64,000 nucleotides of DNA, from positions 4,502 through 68,501 of the forward strand of contig DATLGB010000223.1 of NCBI GenBank assembly GCA_035540675.1, written 5' to 3'. The position numbers were made by a program, and so were the translations under genes. Each line of letters begins with the position of its first letter. Positions within the stretch are counted from its first letter, which is position 1. Source of the DNA: Solirubrobacteraceae bacterium (lineage in GTDB: Bacteria > Actinomycetota > Thermoleophilia > Solirubrobacterales > Solirubrobacteraceae). Below are positions 19,858-27,678 of the stretch, in pieces. The notes beneath the pieces were generated by a model that saw only the letters and a list, made by a program, of their open reading frames with translations, made no database searches and was not told the origin of the DNA.

Positions 19858-20529
19858 CTACGACGCCGGCAACGGCAGCCGCCAGAAGGGGCCGGTGAGC
19901 CCGAGCCCGTCGAGGATCGCCTGGTTGGCGTCGCGCGTTCGCGGGCGCCAGTCCGGCGCGAGCCGGTCGCCCCACCAGGCATGGGCGAGCTCGCACAGCA
20001 GCGCCGCGCCGATCGTCGCGCCCGGCGGCCGGTCGCCGAGCCAGCGCGCCACGTGCTCCTCCGACCGGAAGAGGTTCATGGTGCTTCAGGTGAAGACGAT
20101 GTCCTCCCACCAGCGCGCGGCGGGCACGAGGCAGTGGAACAGCAGGTCCTCGCGGTCGGGCCGGCCGTCGCGGACCTCGATCGCGAGCGGCTCGCCGCAG
20201 TCGGGGCACGAGGTCTCGATGCGCCCGTCGGCGTGCAGCGCGGCGCAGACGCCGAACGCGTCCCAGGCGCAGTTGGCGTACCACCAGCGCTCGCGCGCGT
20301 GGACCCGGTAGGCCGTCGGCACCGCCGAGAACGGGTTGGCCATCCGCAGCTCGTCGGTCCCGGGGCTGAGCACGAGCGCGTGCGCGTCGTGCAGGCGCCG
20401 CCAGCTCGCGCGCACGGCGTCGCCGTCGCGGCCGGTGGCCGCGGCGACTTCGCGGATCGTCGGCGCGCGGCCGAGCGCCACGAACCGCTCGTAGGTGGCG
20501 TTGCGCACGTCGAGGTCGAGCGCCTGCAC
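19858..20529 (-). CDS. Alkylmercury lyase (MerB)-like protein with in-frame TGA (codon 148) at the position of catalytic Cys159 of MerB; probable selenoprotein (alternatively a pseudogene)
   Basis: Track ORFs 20086..21117(-) and 19858..20079(-) are in the same frame, separated by TGA-AGC-ACC. Joined reading: ...WWYANCAWDAF (MerB WCALDTL, Cys96/Asp99)...DIVFT-U-STMNLFRSEEHVARW (MerB [11 protein letters not shown]). GTG start at 20529. Total 223 aa, as expected for the family. Confidence 0.65.
20056..20073 (-). promoter_or_regulatory. Candidate bacterial SECIS hairpin (MerB-like gene)
   Basis: mRNA: UGA-N12-CUCUUCC[GGUC]GGAGGAG. 7-bp stem (one G-U), GGUC tetraloop. Confidence 0.55.
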
Positions 20530-20589
20530 CCCGCGACCATCCCACCCGTTCCCACCGCGCGCAAGGCGTGAAGGAATAGCCTGCGCGGG

Positions 20590-21378
20590 GTGAGCGAGCT
20601 TCTCGCCTCCGTCGACGGCGCGATCACCCCCGCCGGCCAGGCGGTCATTCCCGTCGCCGACGAGGGGCTCCTGCGCGGCGACGGCGCCTTCGAGGTCATC
20701 CGCCTCTACGGCGGGCGGCCGTTCGCCCTCGACGAGCACGTGGAGCGGCTCGGGCGCTCCTGCGAGGGCCTGAAGCTCCCCGTCGACCTCGGCGTCCTGC
20801 GGGCGGAGGTGGACGCCCTGCTCGAGGCCGGCGCGGTCGACGGGCTGCTGCGCCTGGTCGTCACCCGCGGCGGCCGCCGGATCGCGATCGTCGAGCCGCG
20901 GCCGCAGTACGGCGCCACGGCGCGCGTCGCGACCGTGACCTTCTCGCCGTCGCGGGTGCTCGACGGCCTCAAGACGCTGTCGTACGCCGGCAACATGCTC
21001 GCCCTGCGCATCGCCAAGGAGCAGGGAGCCGACGAGGCGCTGTTCGTGACCCCGCACGGCCGCGTCCTCGAGGGCACCACGTGGACGTTCTTCTGGGTGG
21101 ACGGGGGGCGGCTGCACACGCCGCCGCTGTCCGAGCGCATCCTGGACTCGATCACCCGCCGGCGCCTGCTGGAGGAGTGCGACGTCGAGGAGCGCATCTG
21201 CACCCTCGACGGCCTGCGCGCCGCCCAGGAGGCGTTCATCGCCTCGACGGTGCGCGAGGTCATGCCGATCGCGGCGGTCGACGACCGCGCGCTGCCGGAG
21301 GCGCCGGGGCCGGTCACCGCGCGGGCGGCCGAGGCGCTGCGGGCGCGCATCGAGCGGGAGCTCGGCGCCGCCCGGTGA
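20590..21378 (+). CDS. Fold-type IV aminotransferase (branched-chain aminotransferase / aminodeoxychorismate lyase family)
   Basis: EGLLRGDGAFEVIR, RLVVTRGGG-like, LEGTTWTFFWV. Confidence 0.8.
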   Translation: MSELLASVDGAITPAGQAVIPVADEGLLRGDGAFEVIRLYGGRPFALDEHVERLGRSCEGLKLPVDLGVLRAEVDALLEAGAVDGLLRLVVTRGGRRIAIVEPRPQYGATARVATVTFSPSRVLDGLKTLSYAGNMLALRIAKEQGADEALFVTPHGRVLEGTTWTFFWVDGGRLHTPPLSERILDSITRRRLLEECDVEERICTLDGLRAAQEAFIASTVREVMPIAAVDDRALPEAPGPVTARAAEALRARIERELGAAR

Positions 21379-22445
21379 GGGTCCTCACCGTCATCGGCAA
21401 CCGGCCCCAGTTCGTCAAGGCGGCCGCCGTCTCCGGCCACCTGCGCGCGGCGGCGACCGAGGTGATGGTCCACACGGGCCAGCACTACGACGACGAGATG
21501 TCGCGCGTGTTCTTCGACGAGCTCGGCCTGCCGCGGCCCGAGCACCGGCTCGAGGCCGGCGGCGGCTCCAACACCGAGCAGACGGCCCGCATGCTGCTGG
21601 CGGTCGGCGACCTGCTGCGCGCCGAGGCGCCCGACCTCGTGCTCGTCTACGGCGACACGAACTCCACGCTCGCCGGCGCGCTGGCGGCGGCGCAGGCGCG
21701 GGTGCCCGTCGCGCACGTCGAGGCGGGCATGCGCTCGTTCGACCGCTCGATGCCCGAGGAGCTCAACCGCGTCCTCACCGACCAGTGCAGCGACCTGCTG
21801 CTGTGCCCGTCCGAGGGGCCGGCGGAGAACCTGCGGCGGGAGGGCGCGCCCGGCGCGATCGCCGTCGTGGGCGACGTGATGGTGGACGTCGCGCAGCTCG
21901 TCGCCCCGCGGGCGCGCGCGCGGACGCGCGCGCTCGAGGAGCTCGGCGTGCGCAGCGGCGAGTACGTGCTGGTCACCGCCCACCGCGCCGGCAACGTCGA
22001 CGTCCCCGAGCGCCTCGAGAGGCTGGTGGCGCTGCTGGAGGCGCTGCCGCTGCCGGTCCTGCTGCCGCTGCACCCGCGCACCCGCGGCCGGCTGGCGGAC
22101 GCCGCGCTGCTCGCGCGGCTCGAGGCCGCGCCGGGGATCCGGCTGGCGCCGCCGCTCGGCTACCTGGACTTCACCGCCCTGCTGCTGCACGCGCGCGCGG
22201 TCCTGACCGACTCCGGCGGCGTGCAGAAGGAGGCCTACCTGGCCGGGGTGCCGTGCGTGACGCTGCGCGACACCACCGAGTGGGTGGAGACCGTGCAGGC
22301 CGGCTGGAACGTCCTGGTCGACCTCGACGCGGCCGCCGCGCTGGCGGCGCTCGAGCGGCCGCGGCCGGCCGAGCGCCCGCCGCTGTACGGCGACGGCCGT
22401 GCGGGCGAGCGCGTCGTGGCCGCTCTCGTAGGATCCCGCGCGTGA
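21375..22445 (+). CDS. wecB: UDP-N-acetylglucosamine 2-epimerase (non-hydrolysing)
   Basis: GTGA-coupled. VIGNRPQFVKAA, GQHYD, VYGDTNSTLAGALAA, AHVEAGMRS, TDSGGVQKEA. Confidence 0.9.
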   Translation: MRVLTVIGNRPQFVKAAAVSGHLRAAATEVMVHTGQHYDDEMSRVFFDELGLPRPEHRLEAGGGSNTEQTARMLLAVGDLLRAEAPDLVLVYGDTNSTLAGALAAAQARVPVAHVEAGMRSFDRSMPEELNRVLTDQCSDLLLCPSEGPAENLRREGAPGAIAVVGDVMVDVAQLVAPRARARTRALEELGVRSGEYVLVTAHRAGNVDVPERLERLVALLEALPLPVLLPLHPRTRGRLADAALLARLEAAPGIRLAPPLGYLDFTALLLHARAVLTDSGGVQKEAYLAGVPCVTLRDTTEWVETVQAGWNVLVDLDAAAALAALERPRPAERPPLYGDGRAGERVVAALVGSRA

Positions 22446-23443
22446 TCCGCGTCGGCGTCGCCGGCCTCGGCTACTGGGGCCCGAACCTGGCCCGCAACTT
22501 CGCGGCGATCGGCGGGTGCGAGCTCGCGTGGCTGTGCGACGCCTCCGAGGACGCGCTGGCGCGCGTGGGCGCCGCGCTCCCGGGCGCGCGGCGAACGACC
22601 TCGCTGGACGACCTGCTCGACGACGCCGCGCTGGACGCCGTGGTGCTGGCCACGCCGGTGCCGACGCACGCGCCGCTGGCCGAGCGCGTCCTGCGGGCGG
22701 GCAAGCACTGCTTCGTCGAGAAGCCGCTCGCGCAGTCGGTCGCCGACGCCGAGCGGGCGGTGGCCGCGGCGGCCGAGCACGACCGCCTGCTGATGGTGGG
22801 GCACCTGCTGGAGTACCACCCGGGCGTGGCGAAGCTCAAGGAGATCGCGACGTCCGGCGAGCTCGGCGACATCCACTACGTCTACTCGCACCGCCTCAAC
22901 CTCGGCAAGCTGCGCGCCGACGAGAACGCGCTGTGGTCGCTCGGCGCCCACGACGTCTCCGTCCTGCTGCACCTGCTCGACGAGGAGCCGAGCGACGTCG
23001 AGGCGCGCGGTGAGTCCTACATGCGGCCCGGGATCGAGGACGTCGTGTTCTGCTTCATCCGCTTCCCGTCCGGCCGCGCCGCGCACATGCACCTGTCGTG
23101 GCTGGACCCGCACAAGGCGCGCCGCTTCACCGTCGTCGGGTCGAAGCGAATGGCCACGTTCGACGACATGGACCTCGAGCGCAAGGTCACCGTCTACGAC
23201 AAGGGCTTCGACGAGGACGCCCGCTCCTACGGCGAGTACATCACCCGTTCGGGCGACATCTACAGCCCGCGCATCCCGAACCGCGAGCCGCTTCGGATCG
23301 AGTGCGAGCACTTCGTCGAATGCATCCGCACCGGCGCCGCGCCGCTGTCGGACGGGCACAGCGGCCTGCGGGTGGTGCGGGTCCTCGAGGCGCTGCAGGC
23401 GCGGCTCGACGCGACGCGGAGGGACGTGGGTGCGCCTCTCTGA
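22442..23443 (+). CDS. Gfo/Idh/MocA-family sugar-nucleotide oxidoreductase (WbpB/WlbA-like)
   Basis: GTGA-coupled. Rossmann VGVAGLGYWGPNLARNF, CFVEKPLA, LWSLGAHD. Confidence 0.8.
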   Translation: MIRVGVAGLGYWGPNLARNFAAIGGCELAWLCDASEDALARVGAALPGARRTTSLDDLLDDAALDAVVLATPVPTHAPLAERVLRAGKHCFVEKPLAQSVADAERAVAAAAEHDRLLMVGHLLEYHPGVAKLKEIATSGELGDIHYVYSHRLNLGKLRADENALWSLGAHDVSVLLHLLDEEPSDVEARGESYMRPGIEDVVFCFIRFPSGRAAHMHLSWLDPHKARRFTVVGSKRMATFDDMDLERKVTVYDKGFDEDARSYGEYITRSGDIYSPRIPNREPLRIECEHFVECIRTGAAPLSDGHSGLRVVRVLEALQARLDATRRDVGAPL

Positions 23444-24137
23444 CCGCGCCCCCGGCCTGGTGCTGGGCCCCGGGGCGGTCGTGCCCGACTCGGTCCGCCT
23501 CGGCGCCCACGTCGTGATCCACGCCGGGACGGTCGTCGGGGAGGGCTGCGAGATCCAGGACGGCGCGATCCTGGGCAAGCCGCCCAAGCTCGCGCGGACG
23601 TCGACCGCCCCGGCCGAGCCGCCGCGGCCGCTCGAGATCGGCGCCGGCAGCGTCGTCTGCGCGGCGGCGATCGTGCTGGCCGGCGCGCGCCTGGGCGACG
23701 GCGTGATCGTCGGCGACCAGGCCTACGTCCGCGAGCGGGCGGTGGTCGGCGACGGCTCGCTGGTCGGCCATCGCGCGACTCTCGAGAGCGACGTGGTGGT
23801 GGGGCAGCGCGTGAGGATCCAGACCGGCGCGTACGTCACGCGCTGGACGGTGGTCGAGGACGACGTGTTCGTGGGGCCGGGCGCCAGCACCACCAATGAC
23901 GACACGATGGGCCGCCACGGGCCGGACTACGAGCTGCGCGGCGCGACGCTGCGGCGCGCCTGCCGGGTCGGCGGCAGCGCCGTGCTGTGTCCCGGCGTAG
24001 AGGTCGGCGAGGAGGCGTTCGTGGCCGCCGGGGCGGTGGTGACGCGCGACGTGCCGCCGCGTGCCGTCGTGATGGGTGTCCCCGCGCGCGTGGTGCGTGA
24101 GGTGCCGGAGGGCGACCGGCTCGAGCGCTGGCGGTGA
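23430..24137 (+). CDS. Left-handed beta-helix (hexapeptide) acetyltransferase (WbpD-like)
   Basis: GTG 23430 in the frame of ORF 23010..24137. Repeated [LIV]-G-x4 hexapeptides (VVIHAGTVVGEGCEIQDGAILG...). Confidence 0.75.
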   Translation: MRLSDRAPGLVLGPGAVVPDSVRLGAHVVIHAGTVVGEGCEIQDGAILGKPPKLARTSTAPAEPPRPLEIGAGSVVCAAAIVLAGARLGDGVIVGDQAYVRERAVVGDGSLVGHRATLESDVVVGQRVRIQTGAYVTRWTVVEDDVFVGPGASTTNDDTMGRHGPDYELRGATLRRACRVGGSAVLCPGVEVGEEAFVAAGAVVTRDVPPRAVVMGVPARVVREVPEGDRLERWR

Positions 24138-24808
24138 GGCGCCGGCACGGGACCCGCGCGCTCGCGGCCCTGGCGGTCGGCCTGACGGCCGGGGTCGTCG
24201 CGCTCGAGTACGCGCACGTGTGGCGGCGCGGCCACGCGCCGCTGCCCACCAGCGACAGCGAGCCCGCCGAGGTCGTGGCCGCCGGCCGCGAGGCGGCGAT
24301 CGAGACTTACGAGGTGGCGGTCGCCGGCTACCGCTCCGGCTCGCCGCGCGAGAACGCGCTGCTGAACCTGCTCATCGCCTATGCGGCCACGGCCGGCATC
24401 GTCCGGCTGTCGACGCACTCCATCCGCGAGACCGGCAGCTTCGGCCCGTTCCGCAACGTCCTGCTCGCCGACCGCCACATCCACCACTTCATCCCCGGGA
24501 TCGTGCTGGCGTTCCTCTCGGGCGGCGCGTCGATCATCTCGCGCGACGAGCGGCTCGACCGCTACCTGGCGGTCCCGTTCGGCGTCGGCACGGCGCTGAC
24601 CCTGGACGAGGCGGCGCTCCTGGTCGAGCTGGAGGACGTCTACTGGAGCGAGAGGGGGATCCTGTCGGTGCAGGTGACGCTGGCGGCCATGGCGCTGCTC
24701 GGCGCCCTCTCCCTCGGGCTGCGCCTGCTGCGGCGCGGCGAGACGCTGGTGCTCGAGCCGCGGACGCCCCGGGACGAGCCGCACCAGAGCGTCGGCGCGC
24801 CCAGATAG
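24134..24808 (+). CDS. Hypothetical integral membrane protein
   Basis: Track ORF, GTGA-coupled to the acetyltransferase. 4-5 predicted helices. Confidence 0.55.
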   Translation: MRRRHGTRALAALAVGLTAGVVALEYAHVWRRGHAPLPTSDSEPAEVVAAGREAAIETYEVAVAGYRSGSPRENALLNLLIAYAATAGIVRLSTHSIRETGSFGPFRNVLLADRHIHHFIPGIVLAFLSGGASIISRDERLDRYLAVPFGVGTALTLDEAALLVELEDVYWSERGILSVQVTLAAMALLGALSLGLRLLRRGETLVLEPRTPRDEPHQSVGAPR

Positions 24809-24818
24809 CGTACGCCGC

Positions 24819-25487
24819 GTGAGCGATCCCACGCAGCCGCCCTCCAACCAGCCGCCGCCCGGTCCGTCGTCCGGCGGCGGCCTCACGTCCGGCGACCCGC
24901 TCGGAGGCAGCGGGAGCCCCGCGCCCGGGCCGCCGTCGTATCCGCCGGGCTACTCGTCGCCCGCGCCGCCCGGCGCCGGTGGCACGGGCGTCTCGCCCGC
25001 CTTCGGCTCCGCGCCGGCCACCGGCGGCCACCAGCTCGGCAGCTGGGGCGCGCGCGCCGGGGCGGCGATCATCGACGGGCTGATCATCACGGTCCCGAGC
25101 GTCATCCTGTTCACGGTGTTCGGCGTCGGCATCGCGAACTCCGACGGCGGCGCCGGCACCGGGGTGGCGATCGGCGGGCTGCTGGTGAGCCTGCTCGTGT
25201 ACCTCGCGGTGGCGCTGCTCTACGCGCCGGTGCTGATGTCGCGCTGGAACGGCCAGACGATCGGGCGCCGCGTGACCAACATCCGCGTGATCCGCGCCGA
25301 CGGGCAGCCGATGACCTTCGGCTTCGCCGCCCTGCGCGAGATCGCCGTCAAGGGCCTGCTCGTCGGCACGGCCGGCTCGTTCACCTTCGGCATCGCGTAC
25401 CTCGTCGACTTCCTGTGGCCGCTGTGGGACGACGAGAACCGCGCGCTGCACGACATGGTGGTCAACACGCGCGTCGTGAAGGCCTGA
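24819..25487 (+). CDS. RDD-family membrane protein with Pro/Gly-rich N-terminus
   Basis: GSWGARAGAAIIDGLI...RWNGQTIGRRVTNIRV...ALHDMVVNTRVV. Confidence 0.7.
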   Translation: MSDPTQPPSNQPPPGPSSGGGLTSGDPLGGSGSPAPGPPSYPPGYSSPAPPGAGGTGVSPAFGSAPATGGHQLGSWGARAGAAIIDGLIITVPSVILFTVFGVGIANSDGGAGTGVAIGGLLVSLLVYLAVALLYAPVLMSRWNGQTIGRRVTNIRVIRADGQPMTFGFAALREIAVKGLLVGTAGSFTFGIAYLVDFLWPLWDDENRALHDMVVNTRVVKA

Positions 25488-25519
25488 TCCGGGCGCCGGG
25501 CCCGCTCCGCCGGGGCGGG

Positions 25520-25544
25520 CCCGCCCGCGGCCGTCGCGGGCGGG
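25520..25544. terminator. Perfect 10-bp GC hairpin between convergent RDD gene and purA
   Basis: cccgcccgcg-gccgt-cgcgggcggg. A second 8-bp hairpin (gggcccgc...gcgggccc) lies at 25498..25522. Confidence 0.5.
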
Positions 25545-25548
25545 AAGG

Positions 25549-26880
<1,332 letters not shown>

Positions 26881-27678
26881 CTAGGCGGGCGGCTCGCCGT
26901 AGCGGGCGGGGGCGACGAACGCCATCCGGCCCGCCCCCGCGCCCCGGCCCGGCTCGCGCAGATGGGCAGGGATCTCCACCTGCTTGCGGTGGTCCTCGCC
27001 GAACAGCGCCAGCGGGTCGCCGCACATCTCCACGATGCGCGAGACCGTGCGCTCGCCGATCTGCTCGGTCAGCGCGTCGGGCTTTAGGTTCGTCGTCAGC
27101 AGCAGCGCCCGCTCCTCCTCGTAGCGCGCGTTGACGATCGAGTACAGCTGCTCGAGGACCCACTCGCTCGTGCGCTCGGCGCCGACGTCGTCGACGTGCA
27201 GCAGGTCGACGGCCGCGAGCGTGTCGAGCAGCTGCAGGTAGGACAGGTCGGAGCCCTCGTCGTAGGTCTTGCGCAGCTCGGCCAGCAGGCGCGGCAGCGA
27301 GTAGATGACGACGCTGCGCCCGCGCTCGAGCGCCGCGCGCGAGATCAGCATCGCCAGCGTCGTCTTGCCCGTCCCGACGTCGCCGGTCAGCCACAGCCCC
27401 TTGCCGGCATCGAGGTTGGCGTCGAGGTCGCGGACGTACTGGCGCACCGGCCGCACGACGTGGTCGTCGATCAGCGTCACCGGCGGCGTGGCGAAGGACA
27501 CGTGGCGGTACTTCTTCGGGATCACCGACGACAGCCGGCGCGCCTTCGCCTTGGCGATCCGCTCCGGCCGGCAGCGGCACTCGCGCGTCGTCCGCGCCTC
27601 CGTGTCGACGACGAAGCCGGAGCCGTCGCACTCGTCGAAGCGGCAGCGCGAGCCGCCGTGGTCGACGGTGAGCCTCAT
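26881..27678 (-). CDS. DnaC/DnaI/IstB-like AAA+ helicase-loader candidate with N-terminal Cys cluster
   Basis: ATGA overlap with the dnaB stop. CRFDECDGSGF..CRC zinc-like N-terminus, Walker A GDVGTGKTT, Walker B LLHVDDVG. Confidence 0.75.
   Translation of the reverse strand: MRLTVDHGGSRCRFDECDGSGFVVDTEARTTRECRCRPERIAKAKARRLSSVIPKKYRHVSFATPPVTLIDDHVVRPVRQYVRDLDANLDAGKGLWLTGDVGTGKTTLAMLISRAALERGRSVVIYSLPRLLAELRKTYDEGSDLSYLQLLDTLAAVDLLHVDDVGAERTSEWVLEQLYSIVNARYEEERALLLTTNLKPDALTEQIGERTVSRIVEMCGDPLALFGEDHRKQVEIPAHLREPGRGAGAGRMAFVAPARYGEPPA

Noticed and set aside
19681-20600. tRNA-Lys as the integration site of a genomic island carrying the merB-like gene
   Set aside because: No integrase, no direct repeat of the tRNA 3' end, and no compositional break is visible. 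The flanking genes are ordinary and high-GC.
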